Shown piece after piece: positions 53,001 to 64,000 of a stretch of 64,000 nucleotides of DNA. How positions within the stretch are numbered: position 1 is the stretch's first letter; the number at the start of each line of letters is the position of its first letter. Origin of the DNA: Octopus sinensis (Eukaryota). The stretch covers positions 4,154,001 through 4,218,000 of the forward strand of contig NC_043017.1 of assembly GCF_006345805.1 (NCBI RefSeq), read 5' to 3'. The notes beneath the pieces were generated by a model. The model made no database searches, had not been told where the DNA came from, and saw only the letters and a program-made list of their open reading frames with translations. The position numbers were made by a program, and so were the translations under genes.

Positions 53001-53393
53001 ATAAATTAAATGTTTTACCATGAGTTGTTTTTTTTCAATTCAAGAAAAGAAATCACAGCAATAATCCAAACCAAACTCCTTGTGTGGTAAGCGGCTTGCT
53101 TCCCAACCACATGGTTCTGGGTTCAGTCCCAATGCATGGCACAGTGGGCAAGTGTCTTCTACTACAACTTCAGATTTTGAATGACCATAGAAAGTGCGAG
53201 CCCTCTAACTGAAAAATTGTGGATTTGTATAAAGGATACACACACACAGACAGACATTTTGCCGTTTATATATATATATAGAGATTCACACGATAATCAT
53301 CAGCATTATCATTTAATATACAAAGTTACCCTATTGTTTATCTCTCATGATACCTTTCATATACCTTTTAAGTAAGAAAACAGCACAGCTCCC

Positions 53394-53665
53394 ATGACTT
53401 CAGGAAACATTTTTTCACGCTGAGAGTTGCTGAAGCATGGAACAAACTGCCGGCATCGGTTGTTAGTTGTCGAGCACTGCATCCTTCAAAACTTCCATGC
53501 TTCCTGAGATTCGCCAACACTACACCTGATTTTCTCCCCTCCATACACACACAAGCATGTTCACTTTCCAGACATTTCTACATTACTGCATGTACTTTAT
53601 ATGCACTTTCTGACAAGTTGTGGTGCACCTGAGCACTGTATACAATAATTTCATTATTATTATTA
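53394..53665 (+). mobile_element. CR1/L2-type LINE 3' end
   Basis: HDFRKHFFTLRVAEAWNKLP..VV...ASFK and an (ATT)n tail; other copies at 24652-24866 (+) and about 33225-33420 (-). Confidence 0.8.
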
Positions 53666-54019
53666 TTTTTATATTTTGAATGAAATAATATAGAAATGTT
53701 AGTGAAGATCAATTTGGAGAAATATACAACTTTTGCTAAACATTGATCAAAGTTGTGGATTCTATAGTTTATGATTAGGTTAGTGTAAGTCTTGTTTAGA
53801 TGTTGTACATAAAATAACAAGGACAATAATTGAAGAACAAATCAGCTTTATTTAGATTCCAGGTTATTAAAAATATTAACAAAAAATGATGAGGCCAGAA
53901 ACACAGAATTCTGGTTTTTACAGTTGAAACAAAAGATTGATTAAATATGTATAAAAGACATGTCAACACAAACCAGCGTGGAGAACAGACTTTAAAACAT
54001 AGAAGACAATTCATAAGCA

Positions 54020-54540
54020 TCTCCTTTGCATCGGCAAGCCAAGTGAGACCATAACCCATGGCTTATGCCAGGAGTGTAACCAGCCCACTTATGCGTACCT
54101 TTCCTTCATTGGACACTAAACTCTGCTTGTGAAGACCTGTTGAGGCAAGTGAAATCGAAATCAAATTCGATGACTGGTTTCCGTGCTAGTGGAGTGCTAA
54201 GAGCACCATCCAAGTGTGATCGTTACCAGCGTCGCCCTATTGGCACTTGTGCCAGTGGCGCGTGGAAGTTGTTGCCAGTGCCACTGGACTGGCTCCTGTG
54301 CAGGTGTCACGTAAAAACACCATTTGAGCGTGGCCGTTGCCAGTACCGCTTGACTGACCCTTGTGCCGGTGGCACGTAAAAGCACCCACTACACTCTCAG
54401 AGTGGTTGGAGTTAGGAAGAGCATCCAGCTGTAGAAACTCTGCCTGATCAGATTGGAGTCTGGTTCGCCAGTCCTCAGTCAAATCGCCCAACCCATGCTA
54501 GCATGGAAAGCAGACATTAAACGACGATGATGATGATGAA
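54020..54540 (+). mobile_element. RTE 3'UTR remnant
   Basis: Collinear with the 3'UTR of the 62606-63975 element; (GAT)n tail. Confidence 0.8.
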
Positions 54541-55217
54541 AGCTACATTGATGCTTGAAAATTCACATTCAGCAGAACATTGTAAACATGAAGTGATCAG
54601 CTTATAAATAAATGAAATCATGAAGTTATATAGATAATACGAACAGCAATAATCTTTAAATAAAATTTAAATGAGAATGTGCATAAGATGCCAAGCAATT
54701 GAAGATATGTGAGATAAAAACATCGCTACCACCCAAGTGATGTCCTTGTGAAGACAAGTCGAGAAAAGCACATACACATATATTATCACCCTTTTTAGTG
54801 GGGGTGATTGTATGCTACCATGGGTCGGAGGAGATTTTTTCAAGGCAGTGTTCCATAGAGAGATACCTATCTTTTCAAGAAAAGTACTTATTCCATGTCT
54901 TTGTATACAGAATAGCTGCTGGGTATTTTGTTTATGGGGCATAAATGCTATGCCACTGGAGTCAGTGTAAAAACAAAGATATCTAAACACATGTACACAC
55001 ACACACAGTGGAAAATTATTTCATCAATGTAGATAAAGATGTGGTTGGATGAAATATGGTACACGGAAGTTGTTATACTGTTATATCTTGTTTCCTGAGT
55101 GAATATATTTATGGTTTTAAGAGATATTTTCTTTATCATAGACTGAGTTGAAATTAATACCATCCTTCTGTATGAATAAAATAATGTAGTTACATGACAT
55201 TTTTAGAAAATGATTTA

Positions 55218-55587
55218 CTTCCATGCCGGTGGCACGTAAAAAGCACCATCCGAAATGTGGCCAATGCCAGTGCCGCCTCGACTGGCTTCCGTGCCGGTGG
55301 CACGTAAAAAGCACCATCCGAATCGTGGCCGATGCCAGTGCCGGTGGCACGTAAAATGCACCAATCCGATCGTGGCCGTTGCCCGCCTCGCCTGGCACCT
55401 GTGCAGGTGGCACGTAAAAAGCACCCACTACACTCACGGAGTGGTTGGCGTTAGGAAGGGCATCCAGCTGTAGAAACATTGCCAGATCAGACTAAAGCCT
55501 GGCGCAGCCTTCTGGCTTCCCAGATCCCTGGTCGAACTGTCCAACCCATGCTAGCATGGAAAACTGACGATAAACGATGATGATGAT
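55218..55587 (+). mobile_element. RTE 3'-end fragment about 20 bp past the ZNF stop codon (antisense to the ZNF)
   Basis: GGCGTTAGGAAGGGCATCCAGCTGTAGAAAC...CCCATGCTAGCATGGAAA...(GAT)n. Similar copies at about 389-578, 4565-4865, 5550-5715, 9205-9467, 13140-13375, 13745-14210, 16910-17115, 20990-21325, 31322-31565, 32341-32546, 41267-41475 and 61635-62070. Confidence 0.85.
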
Positions 55588-55606
55588 TGCAGTAGTATAG
55601 TGCACC

Positions 55607-57301
55607 TCATGAATGAATGCGTTTGTGTTTAGTTAAGTCACCGCTCCCAGTGAATGATTTAGCACAGATGTCACAGTGGTATGGCTTCTCTCCTGTATGA
55701 ATGCGTTTGTGAGTATTTAAGTTACATCTCGCAGAGAATGATTTACCACAGATATCACACTGATAGGGCTTCTCCCCTGTATGAATATATTTGTGAGCAG
55801 TTAAGTTGCCTATTACAGAGAATAATTTACCACAGATATCGCAGTGGTATGGCTTCTCACCTGTATGAATGCGTTGATGAGTAGTCAAGTTACTTCTTGC
55901 AGGGAATGATTTACCACAGGTATCACACAGGTATGTATTATCTCCTGTATGGACATGTCTGTTGTGTTTAGTCAAAGTACCTCGTTCAGAGAATGATTTA
56001 CCACAGATATCACAGTGATATGGCTTCTCTCCTGTATGAATAGATCTGTGTCTAGTTAAGTTACTCCTTGTAGAGAAGGATATACCACAGATATCACAGT
56101 GATATGGTTTTTCTCCTGTATGAATACGTTTATGAGTAGTTAACTCAGTTTTCTGACAGAAAGACTTACTACAAATATCACAATGATATGGTTTCTCTCC
56201 TTTATGAATATGTCTGTTGTGTGTAGTCAAGGTGCTTCCACGAGAAAATGATTTACCACAGGTGTCACATTGATATGGTTTCTCACCTGTGTGAATTTGC
56301 ATGTGGCTCGTTAAGGTATATCTTTGGGAGAATGATTTACTGCATATATCACAGTGATATGGTTTCTCTCCTGTATGAATACGTTTGTGTTTAGTTAAAA
56401 CACAATTTCCAGAGAAGGATTTACCACAGACGTCACAGTGATACGGCTTCTCTCCTGTATGAATGCGTTTGTGAGTATTTAAGTTACATCTTGCAGAGAA
56501 TGATTTACCACAGGTATCACAGTCATAAGGTTTCTCCCCTGTATGAGTATATTTGTGAGCAGTTAACTGACCTGTTACAGCAAATGATTTACCACAGATA
56601 TCACAGCAATATGGCTTCTCGCCTGTATGAATACGCTTATGAGTAGTTAAGACATTTTTTGCCGAGAATGATTTACCACAGATATCACAGTAAAATGGAC
56701 TCTCTCCTGTATGAATATGTCTCTTATGCATAGTTAATGTACTTTGTTCAGAGAATAATTTACCACAGATATCACAGTGATATGGCTTCTCTCCTCTATG
56801 AATATGCCGATGTCTGGTTAAGTTACCCCCTGCAGAGAATGATTTACCACAGATATCACACTGATATGGTTTTTCTCCTGTATGAATACGTTTGTGAACG
56901 GTTAACTCAGTTGCTCGAGAGAAGGCCTTACCACAGATATCACAATGATATAGTTTCTCTCCCTTGTGAATATGTTTGTTGTGTATGGCTAAATTACTTC
57001 TATGAGAGAATGAAATATCACAGATATCACACTGGTATGGCTTCTCTCCTGTATGAATACGTTTGTGGTTAGTTAAGGTACTTCTTTGAGAGAAAGAATT
57101 ACCACAGATATCACAGTGATACAGTTTCTCTTGAGTATGAATGCGTTTGTGAGTAGTTAAGTTACCTTTATGAGAGAATGACTTTTTACAGATATCACAG
57201 TGGTAGGTTTTCCCTATCTTTTTCAACATCTTATCAGGAGAATTAATTTGTGTAGACTGTTCCTTAAATTTAACACGATTCTCACAAAATTCATATTCCA
57301 T
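55607..57301 (-). CDS. Poly-C2H2 zinc finger protein, 19 fingers, 564 aa, single coding exon, no recognisable effector domain
   Basis: Uninterrupted ORF of CxxC-x12-HxxxH units with TGEKP linkers; probable 5'UTR splice acceptor at 57624-57625. Confidence 0.95.
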   Translation of the reverse strand: MEYEFCENRVKFKEQSTQINSPDKMLKKIGKTYHCDICKKSFSHKGNLTTHKRIHTQEKLYHCDICGNSFSQRSTLTNHKRIHTGEKPYQCDICDISFSHRSNLAIHNKHIHKGEKLYHCDICGKAFSRATELTVHKRIHTGEKPYQCDICGKSFSAGGNLTRHRHIHRGEKPYHCDICGKLFSEQSTLTMHKRHIHTGESPFYCDICGKSFSAKNVLTTHKRIHTGEKPYCCDICGKSFAVTGQLTAHKYTHTGEKPYDCDTCGKSFSARCNLNTHKRIHTGEKPYHCDVCGKSFSGNCVLTKHKRIHTGEKPYHCDICSKSFSQRYTLTSHMQIHTGEKPYQCDTCGKSFSRGSTLTTHNRHIHKGEKPYHCDICSKSFCQKTELTTHKRIHTGEKPYHCDICGISFSTRSNLTRHRSIHTGEKPYHCDICGKSFSERGTLTKHNRHVHTGDNTYLCDTCGKSFPARSNLTTHQRIHTGEKPYHCDICGKLFSVIGNLTAHKYIHTGEKPYQCDICGKSFSARCNLNTHKRIHTGEKPYHCDICAKSFTGSGDLTKHKRIHS

Positions 57302-58185
57302 AATTTTTCTTTTTCACCACAATATACAATAATTTCTGTCTTCGTTTTTATATTCTATGCTTGAAGTAGTGTCATCAACTGTGATCTTTGTATCTAATCA
57401 TGCAGTTAACTTCTTTGCAAGCCGGTTCGAGTTTAGAAAGGAAAAACATTTCAGGTACATTCCAACAAATGCATTATAGAAATTACGTTAATCTAATTCA
57501 TAGAGAAATATATAAACAGGAGCCTATGTGTCTGTTCATCTTCTTTTAGTCTTCAAAAGTTAGTAAATATTGACGACGCATTTGAATAAAAATAATTCTT
57601 CGATGTAAATGTCACCCGATATTCTAAAAATAAGAAAGAAACAGAATAAAATATAGAGGACATTTAGAAAGTGGAGATTAAACAGTAGTAGACATTTTCA
57701 TTGATAAACTGTATACGTAAACATTTGTCTGAACGTTTGTACTTTTACTATTTAATTCATTTTCATTTTTCTTTGTCATTATAGCCTGGTGTGAAGTCTA
57801 GATATATGCAGACCACAGCTACACCTTCAAATTGCGTAACGAATATTAAAGTAAAGAATAATTAACAAAATGTTGTTTAGTTGAAGATTAGATCTGACTT
57901 CGTTAGACCTACACTTAATGAACATTCTGTCCTTTTCTATGGTCAGCGTATCTCTAAAACAACATAACTCATTTCGAGCCAATGTGTTTATCTCTTTGAT
58001 AGCAACGAGCAAGGAAAACAGAGTTTTTTAAAATGTGAAAAATACAAACTGAAATTCTTATTATAAATTCTTTTTATCACTCATAAACTTTAAATGTTAA
58101 AAAAAACAAAAGACATAATCTGCACGGAAGATAGACAAACTCATTTCGCCAAAACAACAGACTCATGGTTCTCATTGATAATTAT

Positions 58186-58563
58186 ATACTCTTTTACTTG
58201 TTTCAGTCATTTGACTGCGGCCATGCTGGAGCACCACCTTTAGTCGGGACTTATTCTTTGTATGCCCAGTACTCATTCTATCGGTCTCTTTTGCCGAACC
58301 GCTAAGTGACGGGGACGTAAACACACCAGCATTGGTCGTCAAGCAATGCTAGAGGGACAAACACAGACACACACATATATATATATACATATATGCGACA
58401 GGCTTCTTTCAGTTTCCGTCTACCAAATCCACTCACAAGGCATGCATTGGTCGGCCCGAGGCTATAGCAGAAGACACTTGCCCATGATGCCACGCAGTAG
58501 GACTGAACCCGGAACCATGTGGTTGGTAAACAAGCTACTTACCACACAGCCACTCCTGCGCCT
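58186..58563 (-). mobile_element. tRNA-derived SINE, family A (full length)
   Basis: Head GGCGCAGGAGTGGCTGTGTGGTAAG...GGTTCAGTCC (A/B-box-like), internal (TA)n, tail GACTGAAACAAGTAAAAGA. Other copies at about 1201-1578, 7445-7765, 12651-13030, 20625-20920, 24575-25005, 32157-32780, 35460-35878 and 46970-47185. Confidence 0.85.
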
Positions 58564-58842
58564 ATATCATTTAATAATATATAAATGCCATTCTTGATAA
58601 TAATTTTGACTTCATGCACAAAGTGCAATCCTATTTGCTCTACGAATTAGAGAACCACAGGTTTAGAGCATAATTTAAGGAATATGGCTGCTATTTCTAG
58701 CAGTTCTAACGCTCACATTGAGGTGATAGCGGTGGTTGATCGTTAAGTTCTGTTAATCCTGGCAGAGCAAAAACAAATTGTTTTCAGGGTGCGACGAGTT
58801 TTATGGTTGATCAAACGAAAAGAAACGTGGTATTGGTAAGTG

Positions 58843-59184
58843 GGCAATCTTTCGTCTCTAGTAGACCTTTCCGTCGATTTCCGTAAAAAAAAATTTTTTT
58901 TTTACATATGGGCTTGCGGGAACTTTTGAAGTAATGAGAGCGAAAGAGACTAAGAGAAAGCGATTGTATGACGAGGGAAGTTCTTTTGAAGTTACCGTGC
59001 ATGGAAAGCATTGATGTACATGTGTGTGTGTGTGTGTTTCATGGGGTGTGGGAGACAGACAATCGCTTTCTCTTAGTCTCTTTCGCTCTCATTACTTCAA
59101 AAGTTCCCGCAAGCCCATACGTAAAAAAAAAAGAAGTTTTTTACGGAAATCGACGGAAAAGTCTACTAGAGACGAAAGATCGCC
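58843..59184. mobile_element. 342-bp foldback MITE with about 125-bp TIRs
   Basis: Arms at 58843-58967 and 59059-59184; flanks GGTAAGTG and GGTAAATG (8-bp TSD, 1 mismatch). Confidence 0.8.
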
Positions 59185-60578
59185 GGTAAATGAACAAAAT
59201 ACGATTGAATAAAAAAAAAATGTTAAAGAAAAATACCTCGAATAAATCTTCTTCAGTTTTTTACGGGATGGACAGCGATAGGAGATGAGTTTCTATCGAC
59301 TCCAGTTTATCTGGAATAAAAACAATCCAGAAAAAAACTGTTTTCAAAGTCCACATTTGAAAATTAGGAATACAAAAAGATATTGATATAAGGTACTAAG
59401 GTACTAGTACCTTAATATAAAAATAAGGGAAATGAATTAAATTAAATATGAAAAAAAATGAAAAATTAAAGAAGCTGTTTCGGGCATTATGAAAGTAATT
59501 AGTAAAGTAATTAGTAAACCTGTGAATAGTTCGCCCTTAGGAGACAATACGTTGCGTGAGCAAGTTTCACTATTAGTTTAAGCCTGTATTGTAACACAAA
59601 CAAAACTAATTAATTAATTTCTTATTTATGCAAATGACAATTAAAAAAAAAAAAATGAATGAATCTTTTCCTTTGAAAAAATTCATTCATTCATGAGTGT
59701 GAAAGTGTTTGAAGCTAAATCTATATTTAATAGAGACATAGAGGAGATTCAGTATATTTAGATATAACCTGTATTGGATTGGTATTTCAACGATTAGTTT
59801 TATATAGTTTAGCATTTATTAAATTTCTTTTTATCGTGAAATAAATTAACAGAAATTATTCAATTAATAAATAATACTTGCTTCTCGGATCGGAAGTAGT
59901 TTTCTGAACAACGCATGCTCAATGACGAGCAGGAAATCGACGCTCAATTGAAAGCATGCGGTGTTTGTAAACAAAATGACACGAGAAATAATTATTTGTT
60001 CAGAAAGGCGACGAACTGGCAGACTCGTTAGCACGCCGGGCGAAATGCTTAGCAGTATTTCGTCTGCCGTTACGTTCTGAGTTCAAATTCCGCCGAGGTC
60101 GACTTTGCCTTTCATCCTTTCGGGGTCAATAAATTAAGTACCAGTTACGCACTGGGGCGATGTAATCAACTTAACCCTTTTGTCTGTCCTTGTTCGTCCC
60201 GTCTTTGTTTAGCCCCTTGTGGGCAATAAAGAAATAAGATTGAACCATCACCACCACATGGTTGGAACTCCTTAACCACAAAACGGTGCCTGCAACTGTT
60301 TTAGGTGGTGTTTACCCAGCAATACATCTATAAGGTCACGATTTGAATCACAAAATGTGATGTCCTCCAGTCATCCCACCTTCCAAAATGCAACCAATTC
60401 TTTTGGGCCCATGCCAAAAAGCTTTCCACCAACTTCACAGAATCTTTTTTCCTCAAATTCACAATAATGGTTCTAGGAGTAGAAAATTAATGACGAAAGC
60501 TTCCACTTGCTACTTTACAACCAACTCTAAATTGCAAATATTTGGTAAATCTACTTGAAAACTAAGTCCTCTCCAACC

Positions 60579-60982
60579 CATCATCATCATCATTGTTCGA
60601 CTGTGGTCGAGACAATGGAATTTACCATGCTACGCCAGACTTCACGGTCCATCATAATATTACGGAGGTCCTGTTGCTGGATGCCTGTATCCCTGGAGAT
60701 TACATCAGAGTAGGAGAGTGTGCGCCCTCTGGTATCGCGAGTAGACAGCTTCCAGAGGAGAAGAGTAGAAATTACCTCGTTTTCAGCTCTACAACAATGT
60801 CCAGCAAACTGGACTCTCCTACCTTTCACAAGAGATGATACAGGTGGTAATTTCCCATATATTTGTACTTTGGTTGGATGATGCTTCCACGAGAGATTTT
60901 GAGCTCTCATAAGGAGGCAAGTGTAAGTTCCATCCAACCGCCTCTCAAGCTTCTTTGATAACGTCCAGGTTTCTGAGCCACC
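60579..60982 (-). mobile_element. 3' end of a second RTE-superfamily LINE family
   Basis: GSETWTLSKKLERRLDGTYT...RRVQFAGHC...MMDREVW and an (ATG)n tail; a second fragment lies on + at about 39103-39370. Confidence 0.82.
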
Positions 60983-62568
60983 CAGATCCATCACCAATTG
61001 CAATATTACCTCCAGTCACTTCATATCAACAAAGCCATTTGCCCATGGCATCTTCATTTCATCACCTTAAACATTGCAGCCCACAGCCACACCTATATTC
61101 ACTAAAACTCTTCAAATTCTCCCTCTCTAAGGAGATCTATTCTAATTTTTTGGAACATGCTATAATGTACCCCATTCCAAGAAGGGTAGCTATGCCAACT
61201 ATTGCCCTGCTGCACTCACTTCTAATAATGGAGACAGCCATTAACAATGACATCCTCCGACATCTTAACCATTTCATTACCATGTTTCTGTTAAAATATA
61301 CCAACTTTGTTTCTATTTTCAAAATAATGAAAAATTTACTCAAAATAACTGTCATTATTAAACTGATGTTTGGATCATAAATTAACCTGAAATTTTGGTG
61401 GAAGATGTATTGGAGCTGATCTGGCTTTATACAGTCCCTGTTGAGTTAAAATCTTCCTTGGGTGTGTTGTGGAAAACCTAACTACCACTCCACTCAAACC
61501 CACATACCCAAGAAAGATGTTAACTCAACAGAGACTATATAAAGCTAAGATCAATCTCAATACACCGCAGTCCAATGATGGCCTACCTGGTTGAAACTCT
61601 GAAGTCACTGTCAATCAATCAATCATCACCACCACCATCATCATCATTGTTTAACGTCCGCTTTCCATGCTGGCATGGGTTGAACAATTTGACTGAGGAC
61701 TGGCGAACCAGATGGCTGCACCAGGCTCCAATCTTGATTTGGCAGAGTTTCTACAGCTGGATGTCCTTCCTAACACCAACCACTCTGAGAGTGTAGTGGG
61801 TGCTTTTACGTGCCACCGGCACAAGGAGCCAATCAAGCAATACTGGCAACGGCCACGCTTAAATGGTGTTTTTTACGTGACACCTGCACTGGCAACGACC
61901 TCGCTTGAATGTTTTTTTCACGTGCCAGTAAGGCAACGCTGGTAACGATCACACTCGAATGGTGCATTTTATGTGCCACTGGCAAGGAAGCCAGTCAGTT
62001 GCTCTGGCAATGATCACGCTCTCGGGTGGTGCTCTTAGCACTCCACTAGCATGGATGCCAGTCATCAAATTTGATTTATTCTTGTTTAAGAATATTGAAT
62101 TTGTACTCTGCAAAAGTATAGAGTAACCCATCAGATTAATGTAAAATTATTTTCATTATAACTGAATATAAAAACAAACCTTAACATATTCTATTTTGTA
62201 GCAATGTCATATATATAGCCTAATATAAAAAAATGGAATATTTACTTTCATAGTTTTTGTAATACTTTCGTATTAACTGCACAGTGATGGTATTCATCAG
62301 TTCTGAGAGTACATTTCTCAACTATGAACCCATCTGTTAAACATTAGCACGCTGGGCGAAATGCGTAGCCGTATTTCGTCTGTCGTTACGTTCCGAGGTC
62401 GACTTTGCCTTTCATCCTTTCGGGGTTGATAAATTAAGTACCAGTTACACACTGGGGTCGATGTAATCGACTTAATCCCTTTGTCTGTCCTTGTTTGTCC
62501 CCTCTGTGTTTAGCCCCTTGTGGTTAATAAAGAAATATATATATATATATATATATACATATATATAT

Positions 62569-62605
<37 letters not shown>

Positions 62606-62608
<3 letters not shown>

Positions 62609-63975
62609 TCATCATCATCGTTTAACGTCCGCTTTCCATGCTAGCATGGGTTGGATGGTTCAACTGGGGTCTGGCAAGCCCGAAGGCTACACCAGGCCAG
62701 TCAGATCTGGCAGTGTTTCTACAGCTGGATGCCCTTCCTAACGCCAACCACTCCGAGAGTGTAGTGGGTGATTTTATGTGCCACCGACACAGGTGCCAGA
62801 CGAGGCTGGCAGACGGCCACGCTCGGATGGTGTTTTTTATGTGCCACCGACACAGGTGCCAGACGAGGCTGGCAGACGGCCACGCTCGGATGGTGTTTTT
62901 TATGTGCCACCGACACAGGTGCCAGACGAGGCTGGCAGACGGCCACGCTCGGATATGGTGTTTTCGGTGTTTTTCTTATGTGCCACCGACACAGGTGCCA
63001 GACGAGGCTGGCGAACGGCTACGATCGGATGGTGTTTGTTACGTGCCCACGGCACGGAGGCCAGTCAATGCGGTACTGGCTACGGTCCCGTTCGGATGGT
63101 TTTCTTATGTGCCACTGGCACTGGTACCACAGGGATACAATTTCCATTGATGTTCATCTATTTTGATTTGGTTTGACTTGATTCGATTTGCCTCAACAGG
63201 TCTTCACAAGTGTCACAAGCAGGAAGGTATGCACAGGTGGACTGACTACGTCCCAGGTAGGGGCCACGGGTTATGGCTTCACTAGTCTTGCCGGGTCTTC
63301 TCACACACAGCATACTTCCATAGGTCTCGGTCTCTAGTCATTTCCATGGTGAGACCTAACGTTCGAAGGTCGTGCTTCACCACCTCGTGCCAGGTTTTCC
63401 TGGGTCTACCTCTTCCACGGGTTCCCTCAACTGCTAGGGATTGGCACTTTCTCACACACCTATCTTCATCCATTCTCGCCACATGACCATACCAGCGCAA
63501 TCGTCTCTCTTGCACGCAGCAACTGATGCTTCTTAGGTACAACATTTCTCTCAGGGAACTAACGCTCTGTCGAGTAAGTACACTGACATTACACATCCAT
63601 CGGAGCATACTGGCTTCATTCCTCATGAGCTTACGCATGTCCTCAGCAGTCACGGCCCATGTTTCACTGCCATGTAGCATGGCAGTTCGAACACATGCAT
63701 CATACAGTCTGCCCTTTACTCTGAGCGAGAGGTCTTTAGTCACCAGCAGAGGTAAGAGCTCCCTAAACTTTGCCCAGGCTATTCTTATTCTAGCAGTTAC
63801 ACTCTCAGTGCACCCACCCCCACTACTGACTTGGTCACCTAGATAACGGAACCTATCAACTACTTCTAATTTTTCCCCCTGGAAAGTGACAGAAGTTGTT
63901 TTCTGCAGATTTTCGGAGGTCAATGCTCCCGAGCATCTGCCACATATAAAAACTATCTTCCCAGTTAGCCTACCT
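62606..63975 (-). mobile_element. 5'-truncated RTE-clade LINE (RT C-terminus, 3'UTR with VNTR, (ATG)n tail)
   Basis: ORF 63282-63923 has FRYLG, MLHGSETW, RRLRWYGHV and RGRGRPRKTW; flanked by (TA)n on both sides. Confidence 0.92.
62776..63050. repeat. 63-bp-unit VNTR inside the RTE 3'UTR
   Basis: ATGTGCCACCGACACAGG recurs at 62776, 62839, 62902 and 62978. Confidence 0.9.
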
Positions 63976-64000
63976 ATATATATATATATATATATGTATG

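Noticed and set aside
55681-57072. Plus-strand ORFs antisense to the ZNF
   Set aside because: Shadow ORFs of the finger repeats
62638-63176. Overlapping repetitive ORFs, and a superficially CRISPR-like repeat array
   Set aside because: The units are tandem with no unique spacers, there are no cas genes, and they lie in a LINE 3'UTR; frames stay open because the unit length is a multiple of 3

Overview
This is repeat-rich animal genomic DNA, most likely an octopus or other coleoid cephalopod, judged from the tRNA-derived SINEs, RTE tails, dense (TA)n/(CA)n tracts and an effector-less poly-C2H2 gene. Four protein-coding genes can be spliced by hand with consistent GT-AG phases. (1) The 5' part of GTF3C5 (TFIIIC 63-kDa/Tau95 subunit) lies on the minus strand and runs off the left edge. 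(2) RPAP2 (Pol II CTD phosphatase, Rtr1 family; 10 coding exons, 651 aa) is head-to-head with GTF3C5, with about 1 kb between the ATGs. (3) HGD (homogentisate 1,2-dioxygenase) has 15 coding exons and 438 aa. (4) A single-coding-exon gene encodes a 19-finger C2H2 protein. The rest is SINEs, truncated RTE/CR1/Tx1 LINEs, mariner relics, piggyBac-type and MULE-like MITEs, Helitron-like elements and microsatellites. Most short ORFs in the track are repeat artefacts. I see no convincing wholly new biological system. The best leads are three different TIR/TSD elements each near a gene 5' end, a 9-finger block duplication in the ZNF, substitutions in conserved HGD motifs, a SINE tail replacing a splice-acceptor tract, the GTF3C5/RPAP2 divergent promoter, and inverted repeat pairs that could be ADAR substrates.
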